A stretch of 63,691 nt of DNA, filler included, from Octopus bimaculoides (GCF_001194135.2; 5 parts of 4 records of this genome joined end to end with filler, not necessarily neighbours in it); one strand, 5' to 3'. Shown: positions 1 through 12,689, counted from the whole stretch's first letter. Made by a program: numbers and translations. Notes: generated from the letters alone by a model not told the origin.

Positions 1-60
1 TATGTATGTATGTATGTATGTATGTATGTATATATGTATGTATGTATGTATATATGTATG
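1..60. repeat. (TATG)n/(TA)n microsatellite
   Basis: Directly visible tetranucleotide repeat. Confidence 0.95.
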
Positions 61-583
61 TACATATTTACCTATACACACATGCATAGATGCACGTATG
101 CATGTATGCATATATTACAGGATGACGAGATGCGTCTAGTGCAATTGTGCGTAGTCACTAGGTTACACGAATTGTTACGTTCCACTTGTTTGCAATCTTC
201 TTGCTTACTACTCGCTGCTGATGGCTAACCTCTGCAGTAAATGGAGAAGAAGCCTATTGTGTTGTATAAGCCTACCCTGTCAACGCACAACCTTTCCTTC
301 ACCAAGATTCATGCTAGCTGTTGTTGTTGCTGTTGTTTTTGTTTTTAATTTATTTTTTGTTCACGACCGGTTTGTATATGTCTAGCAGAAATCCCGGAGT
401 AGCAATGATCCCAAAGATATAGTGCTTTATTCATCTTGGGCCTCTTTTTTTACTAGATCTTTTTCCATTACAGTAAATATAGTGATACTAGTAAATGTTC
501 ACAGCTCCAATAAACGTTACTATAAGGCTTCATCGTGCAGGTAACTCCGGTAAGTTTGGCGGCAGTAACGTGCCTGAATGTGT

Positions 584-628
584 AAAGTATACCACTCAAA
601 GTATACCACTCAAAGTATACCACTCAAA
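584..628. repeat. 14-bp tandem repeat x3 (AAAGTATACCACTC)
   Basis: Three identical adjacent units, no spacers. Confidence 0.9.
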
Positions 629-1155
629 TACACCACGTGAAATNNNNNNNNNNNNNNNNNNNNNNNNNNNNNNNNNNNNNNNNNNNNNNNNNNNNNNNNN
701 NNNNNNNNNNNNNNNNNNNNNNNNNNNNNNNNNNNNNNNNNNNNNNNNNNNNNNNNNNNNNNNNNNNNNNNNNNNNNNNNNNNNNNNNNNNNNNNNNNNN
801 NNNNNNNNNNNNNNNNNNNNNNNNNNNNNNNNNNNNNNNNNNNNNNNNNNNNNNNNNNNNNNNNNNNNNNNNNNNNNNNNNNNNNNNNNNNNNNNNNNNN
901 NNNNNNNNNNNNNNNNNNNNNNNNNNNNNNNNNNNNNNNNNNNNNNNNNNNNNNNNNNNNNNNNNNNNNNNNNNNNNNNNNNNNNNNNNNNNNNNNNNNN
1001 NNNNNNNNNNNNNNNNNNNNNNNNNNNNNNNNNNNNNNNNNNNNNNNNNNNNNNNNNNNNNNNNNNNNNNNNNNNNNNNNNNNNNNNNNNNNNNNNNNNN
1101 NNNNNNNNNNNNNNNNNNNNNNNNNNNNNNNNNNNNNNNNNNNNNNNNNNNNNNN

Positions 1156-1190
<35 letters not shown>

Positions 1191-1447
1191 CGTGTGTGTG
1201 TGTGTGTGTGCATGCGTGCGTGTGTGTGTGCGTGCGTGTGTGCGTGTGTGTGTATGTGTGTGTGTCCACCACCACCACCGATTGACAACTGGTGTTGATG
1301 TTTATGACCCCATAATGTATCGGTTCGGCAAAAGAGACCGATAAAATAAGTACTAGGCTTAAGAAAAACACTGGGGTCGATTCATTTGAATAAAACTCTT
1401 CGGTGCAGTGTCACAGCATGACCGCAGTCCAACGACAAGTAAAAGAT
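1156..1447 (+). mobile_element. SINE family A, 3' half (internal GT microsatellite plus tail)
   Basis: Matches the 3' half of the near-complete copy at 27825-28203 (TTGACAAC..GGTGT..CGGTTCGGCAAAAGAGACCGATA..CTGGGGTCGATT). Confidence 0.75.
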
Positions 1448-1798
1448 GAACGATAAAGATCTGCTAGAATAGCATTTTCTGCTCTTTTGCTGTTCTTTAC
1501 AATTATGTCGGAGCGATCTCTCTTTATCGTTTTGTCAGTTTAGTCAAGCATCTCTCATATAACATTGGCTCTGAGAGAGATTGCTTCTGCTATGTGAAAT
1601 GTATCTTGTTTTCTGTATTCATTTTGATGTTTTGACAGTGTTTTGAATGTCCATTATTTACAAACTCTTTTTACTTCTTTTCTGCCACATTACGAAACGT
1701 TATCGGTTCTGAACCAAATGTATTTGACTATCTTTTCCGTTTCCACACAGTCTACTGCGGTCATTATAAATTCCTCTTTAAATGTTATTCATTAAATA

Positions 1799-1935
1799 CA
1801 GTCGTGGCCAAAAGTTTAGAACATAGGTCTAAAAATTAGAATTTTTATATTAAATACCCAGTTATATTTGAATCGACCTGACTTGGATATAATGTTAATT
1901 TTTTAATAAATATCCCAAACTTCTGGCCACGATTG
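1799..1935. mobile_element. Tc1/mariner-type MITE (137 bp)
   Basis: 19-bp TIRs CAGTCGTGGCCAAAAGTTT / AAACTTCTGGCCACGATTG (2 mismatches), TA on both sides. Confidence 0.85.
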
Positions 1936-1987
1936 TAGGTCTTACTAAACAGAAGTAAGTTATTACTGAGAGGTACATTTAGACAAT

Positions 1988-2369
1988 GGAGGCGCAATGG
2001 CCCAGTGGTTAGGGTAGCGGACTCGCGGTCGTAGGATCGCGGTTTCGATTCTCAGACCGGGCGTTGTGAGTATTTATTGAGCGAAAACACCTAAAGCTCC
2101 ACGAGGCTCCGGCAGGGGATGGTGGCGATCCCTGCTGTACTCTTTCACCACAACTTTCTCTCACTCTTACTTCCTGTTTCTGTTGTACCTGTATTTCAAA
2201 GGGTCAGCCTTGTCACACTGTGTCACGCTGAATATCCCCGAGAACTACGTTAAGGGTACACGTGTCTGTGGAGTGCTCAGCCACTTGCACGTTAATTTCA
2301 CGAGCAGGCTGTTCCGTTGATCGGATCAACTGGAACCCTAGACGTCGTAAGCGACGGAGTGCCAACAAT
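1988..2369 (+). mobile_element. Full-length tRNA-derived SINE (family C, tail type 1)
   Basis: A box TGGCCCAGTGG (1998-2008), B box-like GGTTTCGATTC (2041-2051), perfect 11-bp TSD ATTTAGACAAT at 1977-1987 and 2370-2380. Confidence 0.92.
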
Positions 2370-3180
2370 ATTTAGACAATACGTTCCTATGTCAGCTCCG
2401 TACCTTGTGAGATTTCATAATCAATCCCAGAATTTTAATTTAACTATTTAAACTTTTATAATACAAATTCTTCTATTTTGTTTTTTACATATTAACCGGT
2501 GTGTTTGCAATAGCATTCTTTCAGAGGACATGTTTCTCTGGCTGGAAACACGTTGAACTGTATAAAATATTAGCGAAAGAAACCTTATTGTTTCCTACCA
2601 TAAGCGTAAAGCAAATTTTTTTTCATTAACCCCTAACATACTACCATGGACCCCGATTTACTGTTTTGTTTTTGAAAATCCCCCACCCTCTACCTCCACC
2701 CAAATCTTATATGGACCCCCAGGGTCATGTGGACCCCGGTTCAAAACACACTGAGGTGGAATTTTATTTTTCATCCTACTAGGGTCTATAAAATATGTAC
2801 CAATCGAGAGGTGGGATCAAATTGATAATCGATGTTACTACCTTCCACAAAAATTATATTTTGCCCATGTTAGAAATCATTATTTCAAAACTAGTGTATT
2901 TTTCTCGCTTTACTAAATGTACATTTTTTTTCCAGAGAATATAATCCTATCCTACATAACGTTCCTCTGTGATCTCACCTATTTGGCTGCCAACGTTCAA
3001 AGTGATTATATAACATTCAGGTTGTTCCATTTGCTAACCAAATGACGATAGCGATTTTTTTTTTTTTGTTACAGTTTGAAATATAAACTTTTAAATACCA
3101 CCTGTTAAAGATCTAGTTTTCTATTTCTATCTTCGAAACAAGCTGATTACTCGTTTTCCTCCCCCACTTCTCCTCATCCG

Positions 3181-3277
3181 CCTTCTTCTTCTTCTTCTTC
3201 TTCTTCTTCTTCTTCTTCTTNNNNNNNNNNTTCTTCTTCTTCTTCTTCTTCTTCTTCTTCTTCTTCTTCTTCTTCTA
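3181..3277. repeat. (CTT)n microsatellite with a small gap
   Basis: Directly visible. Confidence 0.9.
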
Positions 3278-3279
3278 TC

Positions 3280-4110
3280 TGGTTTGTTTCCAGACCTTCG
3301 CTACACATTATTAACTGGGTATTGATGTCGGTTGAAACGTAAAGACTTGCATTCTATGAATGCAAGGGGAAAGCATGAGCGACACTGGCCTCGACATGTT
3401 TCTGGGCGTCGACTAATATAGCCGGAACAGTCACTGTTAAAGAACTTTCAAGTCCGAGATTATGTACAATTTCCAGCAGTTCTTGGTTTGGCGGTGCTAC
3501 ATCGGAGTGGTTGCATGTTCTTTATAAATTTTACAAGAACGATCTTGTTGGAACCGCAAGCAAACGAACCTTTCTGAGAAGCCCACATGGGGATCAAACC
3601 GTCCAATACAAAATGTTTTGTCTCTATCCATTGCAGATTTGTAGATTATGTTGAACAGTTATAACCATGAGTGGGGTTGTTCCAGCTATTAGCGAGATAT
3701 ACTGCGAAGAGCGACCTATCGCCTTCATAAGCAAGGAAGAGCGAGTAGTCTTTCTCTTCCTGATGGCTACGACAAAGCGAATAAGTCGCAAGATGTAGGC
3801 GGTGGAAAAATTTAAGAATAGAGCTTTTCCCCTCGAATAAAGCCTCGTCAACGTCTTCAAGTACCTCATGAAACGGAAGGTCAAGATAGATAGGGGGATG
3901 TTTCCTTCTAGTTAATTCTTGAAAAGTAGGTATAAGAGTGGCAACTTGGAGGACATAAAGAAGTTTATATTATCTATGAGGTTATAACTAGCAGCAAGAG
4001 CATGAAGAAGGCACTTCTTGCTTTTGATTTGTCAGAGCATTCCGAGATTTTGCGTGCGATGCACAGAATTTCCTTCTGTGGCTGCCTCCATTTTGTAGAT
4101 CGTTTCTTGT
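3280..4110 (-). mobile_element. Possible degenerate non-LTR retrotransposon 3' end with (GAA)n tail
   Basis: GC-richer block ending in (AGA)n on the minus strand; only weak fragments (PTHG, AMDRDK) recall RTE-type C-termini. Confidence 0.3.
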
Positions 4111-4324
4111 TATTGAGTTCTTTTATTTGTTATTGCTGATTTCGTCTTCTATGTAAATCCTTTAACTGTTTCCCTCTTTCTTCTTTGTACTGTCTCCACT
4201 TATAATCAATAAAAAAAATAGCAGCAGCATCGTCATCGTCGTCGTCGTCATCATCAACTTCATCTTCATCATCACCATCATCATCATTGTCATCGTCGTC
4301 GTCGTTCCTGTTGTTGCCTGTGTG

Positions 4325-4515
4325 TTGGACACAATGCATAGCGGCTTCTCATGCGGCGCTTTCTGTTTTGAGTTCGAATTACCCCGAGGTCCACTTCGTC
4401 TTTTCATCTTTTTTCGGAGTCAATAAAATAAAGCACCAGTTAAGTATCGAGGAGGATAATATCGGCTTATTTCCTCCCCTCAAACTTGCTGGTCTTGTGA
4501 TAAAATTTTGAAAGA
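4325..4515 (+). mobile_element. SINE family B copy
   Basis: Similar to 29735-29935 and 19563-19722 (GAGTTCGAATT..GAGGTC.ACTT..CTTT.CATC..AATAAAAT..CCAGTT..GG.CTTGTG..AAATTTGAAA). Confidence 0.7.
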
Positions 4516-4540
4516 ATCATCATCATCATCATCATCATCA

Positions 4541-4575
<35 letters not shown>

Positions 4576-4578
4576 TTT

Positions 4579-4656
<78 letters not shown>

Positions 4657-4804
4657 GAGTGAGAGAGCAGTGCATGCCATCAAATTGACACTGAGGTAAA
4701 ATATACGAAACCCATTATACCCATCATGACTACTCGTCTGATAAGGGTACACCAGGCACATGCATCACAACCATATGTGCGCGACATGGTGATCTCATAT
4801 CAAG
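4516..4804 (-). mobile_element. Retroposon 3' end with long (AAT/GAT)n tail, cut by gap
   Basis: About 150 bp of GC-richer sequence (4656-4804) ending in about 140 bp of trinucleotide repeat; clade not determined. Confidence 0.4.
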
Positions 4805-5477
4805 NNNNNNNNNNNNNNNNNNNNNNNNNNNNNNNNNNNNNNNNNNNNNNNNNNNNNNNNNNNNNNNNNNNNNNNNNNNNNNNNNNNNNNNNNNNNNNNN
4901 NNNNNNNNNNNNNNNNNNNNNNNNNNNNNNNNNNNNNNNNNNNNNNNNNNNNNNNNNNNNNNNNNNNNNNNNNNNNNNNNNNNNNNNNNNNNNNNNNNNN
5001 NNNNNNNNNNNNNNNNNNNNNNNNNNNNNNNNNNNNNNNNNNNNNNNNNNNNNNNNNNNNNNNNNNNNNNNNNNNNNNNNNNNNNNNNNNNNNNNNNNNN
5101 NNNNNNNNNNNNNNNNNNNNNNNNNNNNNNNNNNNNNNNNNNNNNNNNNNNNNNNNNNNNNNNNNNNNNNNNNNNNNNNNNNNNNNNNNNNNNNNNNNNN
5201 NNNNNNNNNNNNNNNNNNNNNNNNNNNNNNNNNNNNNNNNNNNNNNNNNNNNNNNNNNNNNNNNNNNNNNNNNNNNNNNNNNNNNNNNNNNNNNNNNNNN
5301 NNNNNNNNNNNNNNNNNNNNNNNNNNNNNNNNNNNNNNNNNNNNNNNNNNNNNNNNNNNNNNNNNNNNNNNNNNNNNNNNNNNNNNNNNNNNNNNNNNNN
5401 NNNNNNNNNNNNNNNCCATCCCCCGAAGGAAGTTATTGGCCTTGTGCCTTGATTTGAAACTATTATTTTTATTGTTA

Positions 5478-5478
5478 C

Positions 5479-5540
<62 letters not shown>

Positions 5541-5590
5541 TAATAATAATAATAATAGTAGTAGTAGTAATAATAATAATAATAATGATA

Positions 5591-5686
<96 letters not shown>
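5478..5686. repeat. (AAT)n/(GAT)n/(AGT)n compound microsatellite
   Basis: Directly visible. Confidence 0.95.
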
Positions 5687-5687
<1 letters not shown>

Positions 5688-6030
5688 AGAATATAGGATG
5701 GTACTTTTCTGCAGGTCGACATTGCAGATCGACAATGCAGGTCTCAATTCCAGTCTCTTTTAGTTTCTTAGGTAGCATTTTAGATGTTGTGCCAAATGCA
5801 CCAATTATCACAGGAGTAATTGTTGTCTTAGTCTTCCACAGTCTCTTAAGATGTTGTTACCATAGGCAATTGCAAAGTCGATGATCTTAGACTGTTAAAT
5901 TTTGTTCCCTATAATGACACCTATGATCTTGCACCGTCCTCTATAATCATATCTGGTTTTCGTTCTTCAGGTGTATGGTCAGTCTGTCTGAGAAAATCAC
6001 ATATGATCCTGTAAATCTCATTTTCCATCA
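5687..6030 (-). mobile_element. R4/Dong-like LINE, C-terminal restriction-like endonuclease relic
   Basis: Minus-strand translation gives ENEIYRIICDFLRQTDH..RKPDMII and IIGAFGTTSKMLPKKLKETGIETCIVDLQ, typical of RLE-clade C-termini; frameshifted. Confidence 0.75.
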
Positions 6031-6379
6031 TATCCTCTGGTTCTTATTCATACCACTTTCCTTTTTATTTTGAAGCCATACGCTCGCCTAAACCCATAAA
6101 ACCCTCCACGAATTTAACTCAAAATGTAAGTATTGCAAAATTTATTGCTGCACCTATTTGAAGGTATTCTGTGAACGACTGCAAATTCAGTTAAAGAATG
6201 AATCATAGCAATGAATGACTCACCATGGAAAACGTAGATAGTAGTAACGAGAAAAAGTAAAAATCTCAAACTATGTTTTGTCATTGATTTCTCAGCCACT
6301 GTCAACGCTTATAATGATTCTTGATGCTTTTCTATCGCTTATCAGTCATTGACGAGTTAATACATACTACATCTGAACA

Positions 6380-7290
6380 TTTTGCTTTTAGCAAAGTCGG
6401 TATAAAACATGCCTATTTTGAGCTGCCATTATTGATTAAAGAGTGTCTTCATACTGCTTTCCAAACCTTTAAATTGTATTAGTATACTCCTATTTGACCC
6501 TTCGAACATAATGGCATGTTTTCAACGAGTGATTAATAAAATTACATCGCAGAATAGTCACCTTAGATTTACCTATTCGTAGTTAAATTGCATTATTGTA
6601 TACAGTAACTCTACTGAGGATCATGAGAAATTTAGGGTGGTTTTCTCAGCTGTGAACGATCTTATAACTCTTTCTAGCAAAAGAAAAAAAGCATTTTCGG
6701 TAACACACGCATTAATTTCTTTGGTTATTGCATTAAAGGCCACAAAATAATACCAGATCCTAATAGATTGTTTCTACTTAAATGTTAACAGATTCCTTGC
6801 AAAAAAAAATCATTGCTAGTTTATTACAGCAAACAGGCGTCAGATCATTTCTGGTGAAGTAAAACCCTTAAGGAAAGCTATCCCTTTTCCTCTTCCCCAA
6901 GCTGCTGTCGTTACAGCTTTTGAAACTTTGAAATCGATATAGAAAACTGACCGTCATGTTAGTGAGCTCACCATACCATTTATAACTGAGACCTACGTAA
7001 CAGATTCTGCTGTAACTACAAACATTAGGAGGGTTTTATTGCGTTTTTCTTTTCCTTCTCACCTTCTCCAAAACCAACCGCAATTGATGAGTGCTGATCT
7101 AAATGGTGACACTTACTTCTGAAGAGACGCGATCCCATTATTACAGACCAACATAGCATTTGATTTATGCTTGATAAATCTACTAAATAAATAACAATAA
7201 AATGACACATAATGCTAGAAGGTCAAATTCTCTTTATTCAGTTTTAACATTCTCTATCGTTACGGAGAAGAGGAAATGCTGCCGTCTTAA
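6380..7290 (+). mobile_element. Gypsy LTR retrotransposon pol (RT-RNase H) relic
   Basis: Motif fragments MACFQRVINKI, GYCIKGHKIIPDPNRL (from 6723), VTAFETLK, IITDQHS in the expected order; many stops and frameshifts. Confidence 0.7.
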
Positions 7291-8086
7291 TGTGATGTTC
7301 TACTCAAATAGATTACACATTTCTTCGACGGATTCACGATGAATCATGTTGTTCATGCGTGAAAAGTTTCTCGTATTATGTAAAGGCAAAAAAGACTTCC
7401 GTTTTCTGCTATGGTTGTTCATAAAAGCTGTTGACAACCGAACTGATATCTGATTTTTCAATCTTATAAATCAACACTTCGTAACGCATTTCAGTAGATG
7501 TTGGGGAAAATTAAACAATCAAATACGCTTTATTGATGTTTACTAAATGCCCAAGTTATCCTTTTGTTTTTCTTTGTATTGGCCTAACTTCTTGAACTAC
7601 AATTCAATATCTCGAAAACTTTTACTCTCTCTACACTGAATTACTAGAGCTAGCTGCACTTATTGGGTAGCTCACTTCATGTCTACATAAATGGCAAAAA
7701 TGTGTAAATCAACAAGAAATTACGGAAAGGAAACTAATTTTGCAACCTTAAATCCATGGAGCCATTGGACATACGACAGGACCAACCGAACAGAATGAAA
7801 ATTAGTACTTTTAGTTTTAGAGTTATTGAATCTTCCAGAATCTCATTTAGAAGGTGTTCTTCTTTTTAAGTACTTCATTCAGTTTTCTCCTGGCCTCAAC
7901 GGCTATCAACAAGTTTCTTCATGTTTGTTTAGTTTTTCTTTCTTTTTAGACACCGTTTTCAAGTTGGCATTTCTTTTCCTTCTTGGTTAATTTCTAGTGA
8001 ACTTCTTAAAAAAACAACATATACACATGCTTCAGTGATCCTTTAACTAAAGAAGCTGGATTGATGGAAAGCAATGAAGAATTTGT

Positions 8087-8537
8087 GGGGGCACATGGCC
8101 TAGTGGTTAGAGCAGCAGACTCGCAGTCGAGGGATCGCGGGTTCGAATCTCAGACCGGGCGATGTGTGTGTTTCTTTCTGCTTAACTAAAGAAATCATTA
8201 TTATGTCCACGGACTTCGAGCTTATCGATTTATTTTGTTTCAGCTGTCGCTGCAATTATTTCAATCAATGCGGATCTCTAAAGAAAATAAACAAACTTGA
8301 AATAAATAAACACCTAAGCTCCACGCGGCTCCGGCAGAAGGTAATGGCGAACTTCTGCTGACTCTTTCGCCACAACTTTCTCTCACTCTTTCCTCCTGCA
8401 TCTAGTAGCTCAGCCTACGACGGACCGGCATCCCGTCCAGGTGGGGAACCTATACGCCAATGAAACCGGGAAACCGGTCCTTATGAGCCAGGCATGGCTC
8501 GAGAAGAAATAAACAACAAGAACAACAACAACAACAA
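8087..8537 (+). mobile_element. tRNA-derived SINE (family C, tail type 2) with 129-bp internal insertion
   Basis: Same head and body as 1988-2369 up to CAACTTTCTCTCACTCTT, different tail ending (CAA)n; insertion at 8174-8302. Confidence 0.85.
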
Positions 8538-9009
8538 TAGGGAATTTATCTATGTTTGAAAAAAATAATGAAAAAGTTAACACTGACACTCTTCGTTACC
8601 TGTTACTATGCCTGACAACTTCAGGTGAAGTAACTAGGTCTGCGGAATCAGCTTTTCTAATTGTTGACACAATTCCAAATCTCAATAACACTTCCGACTG
8701 AATTCATTCTCCATCCCACGTCACTACTTTTTCTCATGAGAGAAACATTTTGATTAAAAGAGACCGTAAGACGGCAAGACAACATTTCACCGAGTCCTGC
8801 AAAGTGCATCGCTTTCATTGAAAAAATTCTTCGTTCAAAAAAAAAAAACCTACAAAACCACCAAAAAAATTGTGCATTAAAATGCATAAATGTAAAATTC
8901 AATTCCGCACTGCTATCATATAATTACCATTTTGTTAATTTTACAATATCACACTTTGTTGTTTTTATATTAAGATGCAAGATCACTTTTCTTACAAATT
9001 GTTTCTGTT

Positions 9010-9400
9010 TGCACAGTGCCAAGGACTCCAAATTTGCCATCAAGATGTAGGACAAGATACTGCAATAGCCTGGGCTTCAAAGGTCCCCAGCTCTTCAATA
9101 TCCCCCCGAAAGACATGAGAGACCTGCATGGGGTGGATGTAGGTGTCTTCAAAATAAAGCTGGACCTCTTCCTGTCAAGTGTCCCAGATGAACCAGCTTC
9201 GCGGCAGGAGGTGCAGATGAGGGCAGCTGCATCAAACTCTCTCATGCACCAAATGTCAATTCCAGAAGTAAAATTCGTGAAGTAAAATTCGTGAAGTAAA
9301 ATTCGTGAAGTAAAATTATGTAGCAACACCAAATGGCGGTGCCCCAGCATGGCTACAGCTCATGAGCTGAAACTAGATAAAATGAAAAAAAATGAAAAAA
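9010..9400 (+). mobile_element. CR1/L2-group LINE 3' end
   Basis: ORF RTRYCNSLGFKGPQLFNIPPKDMRDLHGVDVGVFKIKLDLFLSSVPDEP..RAAASNSLMHQ is a typical RT C-terminus; second copy at 55795-56250. Confidence 0.8.
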
Positions 9401-9734
9401 TAGAGACACGAGGTCTAATATTCGTGAGCAAGAGTTAGTTGACACCAAAATATTTCTTGTCTTGGAGAGAATTGTTTGCCTGAAGCGTTATGATACGGAA
9501 GTAAAATAACAAACAACGAAAACTCAGAGCTTCTGACATTGCGTAGAGGAAACGTTAAATAACTTTTATATATTACAAGCACAAAGGCCATATGGCAATC
9601 AACGTGGCTAGATCTACGCAAACTTACATTTCAAAGCCATCTGCTTCAATTGGCCTTTCTGCCAGAAATAGGTAAACGTTGCTTAAGTTTCCGCTTTCCG
9701 TCTTACTTATTTGTTATTTTGAAACTTGACTGGC

Positions 9735-9870
9735 ACTTTATTTTACCGACCTTGGATGAATGGAAAACTATGTTGACCTCAGCAGTAATTGAAATCAGAA
9801 CGTAAAGAGCCGGATCAAATACTGCAGGGCATTTCATCCGACGCTCTAGCAATTCTACAAATCTACCATC
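9735..9870 (-). mobile_element. SINE family B, degenerate
   Basis: Reverse-complement similarity to other B copies (TTGACCTCAGCAG..GAAATCAGAACGTAAAG). Confidence 0.55.
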
Positions 9871-10085
9871 CTCTCCCTAAACCATATAAGTTCCGATAAG
9901 ATAGTTATTTCCCTTTTTTAAAGCGGATATTGCGTTGGACAGTATACCAAGTGTTGTAGAATTCTTAAAACGCGTATGGCCCTCTAACTTCATTCCCTGA
10001 ATAAAAACTTGGTATACGATTTCTGTTAGCGTGACTTCATACGACAGTCATACAGACTCCTTTACCCGGCTCTATGAATTTGTGG

Positions 10086-10214
10086 CTTTCTGCTTAACTA
10101 AAGAAATCATTATTATGTCCACGGACTTCGAGCTTATCGATTTATTTTGTTTCAGCTGTCGCTGCAATTATTTCAATCAAAGCGGATCTCTAAAGAAAAT
10201 AAACAAACATGAAA
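10086..10214 (+). repeat. 129-bp direct duplicate of 8174-8302
   Basis: 127/129 identical by manual alignment. Confidence 0.9.
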
Positions 10215-10289
10215 ACAAACCTACAGCACGTAGCGGACAATCAATACGGTTAATTATTAACTGATACGAATATACGATATGTGTTCGAT

Positions 10290-10324
10290 CATATGTATGT
10301 ATATATATGTGTGTATATACATAC

Positions 10325-10382
<58 letters not shown>

Positions 10383-10441
10383 ATATATGTATGTATATAT
10401 ATATATATATCTATATTTATATATATGTGTGTGTGTGTGTC

Positions 10442-10489
<48 letters not shown>

Positions 10490-10515
10490 GAGAAAGAAAG
10501 AGAGAGATACACATG

Positions 10516-10556
<41 letters not shown>

Positions 10557-10660
10557 ATATACATACATACATACATACATACATACATACATACATACAT
10601 ACATACATACATACATACATACATACATACATGGATGTACATATATATACACACGTGTTC
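10290..10660. repeat. Compound microsatellite (TA, TG, GA, TACA)
   Basis: Directly visible; explains the Y/I/V/C/H/T-rich ORFs. Confidence 0.95.
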
Positions 10661-11129
10661 ACACACATATCAAGAAAACATATAATTATGATCAAACGTG
10701 TGTGGCGAAAGTATGTGTTGTATGTATATATATGTAAGAAAGGCAACTAGAATTCATTTTCAAATAAAGCGCATCAGACAGTTTTATATGTTATCTATTA
10801 CATTGAAATAATTTATGAGAAATAACTTTACGTTTCCCTCTGAACGGGTTTTTCAAGCGAATGGTTTAGCCGATGGAATTTATAATTTGAAATCGAAAGG
10901 CCTATTTCAAAAAGTGGGCAATTTAGAAATTAGAAATAAACGATTAAAAAATAGTTATTTTGAATTAAAAGTGCGACGTGAGAATCTGAGAAAGAGGTAT
11001 ATGGTTAAGGTTGGGTAAAGAGAACCATATTTACAGCCAACGTGCTAGCTGATTTCGATTAGTTGCAAGGACAGAATGTAATAGTAGATTGAAGAAAACA
11101 TTTAAATTAAGATGAATACAAGCGTTGTA

Positions 11130-11510
11130 AATGAAGTTTTTCTGAAGGAGCTCTGGGATAATGTTACTCGACTGTGTGCGTAGCTCGGAGACCAGAAGTA
11201 TCCGCAAGTCGAGCCGTTAATTCTCCGCATTGAGAGGTGACAGTTCCATTACAACAGACATGTGATTAGAATGTCGCAGGAAGGAATCGTAGGACGGATT
11301 CTTCAAGCCGATCCAACCAGCAGGAGACCTAAGGGTAGACCAAGAATGAAATGTCTGGGTAATATTCATAGTCTCAGTTGACTACGCTTAGAAATCCGTC
11401 CGATAAATGTAATGGCGATTGCTTCTGATAGGACCCTATGGAAGAGATGCCTGAGATCACTATCAAACAAAGCTCCAAGAAATAGCGGGTGGAAAAGATG
11501 GATGGATTTA
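11130..11510 (+). mobile_element. RTE-clade LINE 3' end (Rex3/Expander-like)
   Basis: Translation LRIER*Q..HVIRMSQE..RILQA..RRPKGRPR..IASDRTLW matches RTE C-termini; ends in GATGGATGGAT. Confidence 0.7.
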
Positions 11511-12689
11511 TGGATAAACGTAATAGCTATAGCGAATGAATCATAAAATTAAAGATGGAGAGAAATATACAAGCAAAAACAATTACAAGAAATTTTTAAA
11601 AATTAAGTACAAAAGGGTAAAAACTACCAGATGGTGAAATGTATATCCCATTTGTGAGTATAAACCATTATCTTTTATATCCTACTAGCTGCTGCTGTAA
11701 AACAAATGTCACTTTTCTTTCTCACACACCCCTCATATTTCAAATGCCCTACAAAACATTTTAGGTACTGCTCTTTGTTAGCAAACTTATAAGAAATCAA
11801 GTACTTTGATATAATCGGCAAAGCCCACGTCATCCAAAATATTAAATTTGAATTAATGTTTACATTCATTATTTATGACTTTACTTCCAAAGATAAAATA
11901 TTTTAGTTTCAGGAATTGTGTAAAACATGATAGTTTATTTATTGCGTTTTATTGTCGCCAATGTCTGTCAAATACAAAAAGAAATTAATCACAGAAACGG
12001 TCACCCAGAAAACAACCAAAAATAGGAGAACATTTATGTTATTCGCAGTAGAATATCAAAACACTGATACGACATCATGAACTGTGCACACGTGGTACAT
12101 TTGCGTCACATTTTCATTCTTTGACCAAATCTTCATCTCTGTGACACGAGTTTTTTGCCCCTAACGGGATCACAAAGTGACTGAACTGAAGTTGATTTAA
12201 ATCGTTTGTACCCTCTCTCTCTTCGAAAGCATGGCCTTAGGTCGAATTAAGGCAATATTTAGATATTTGGCAAACCCATCGGACCCTGATACTGAAATAT
12301 TTAAAACCATCCATAATATAGAGAGGATCTCCCTCCCACTAAAGGTTTTCTAACCCCAGTTCTTTCATGCCCTCCAATATTTCAGGAAAATATTCCAGAA
12401 CAATCCGGAACCGCTCATGCTTTATTACAATTTGCTCGAGGAAACTATGATTATGTTTGCACATAGGTATCACTGTCACCGATGAATGTCTATATATACC
12501 AATATATATCTGACCATATACCAACCATACTGACTACGAATAACTGCTCAGAATTTGCCTCGTCCGTTTAATCTCAAGAACGTATCATAAATGATGTCCC
12601 ACCTACTTGTTACTTAGACTTATTTAAGTGGTAGCGACAAGCAAAGATAACTAAACTTTGCACATTGGCATCGCTGCCACAAATAGATG

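Noticed and set aside
584-628. Short direct repeats as a possible CRISPR array
   Set aside because: Adjacent 14-bp units with no spacers, no cas genes, eukaryotic context.
4130-5884. Poly-D, N, L, Y, H and I ORFs
   Set aside because: Translations of trinucleotide microsatellites and N gaps; no splice or homology support.
9265-9317. 14-bp repeat GAAGTAAAATTCGT x3.8
   Set aside because: Simple slippage expansion inside a LINE 3' end; no spacers.
10257-10750. Overlapping YIYI/VCVC/HTHT ORFs (and similar ORFs throughout the window)
   Set aside because: Dinucleotide and tetranucleotide repeats lack stop codons in several frames.
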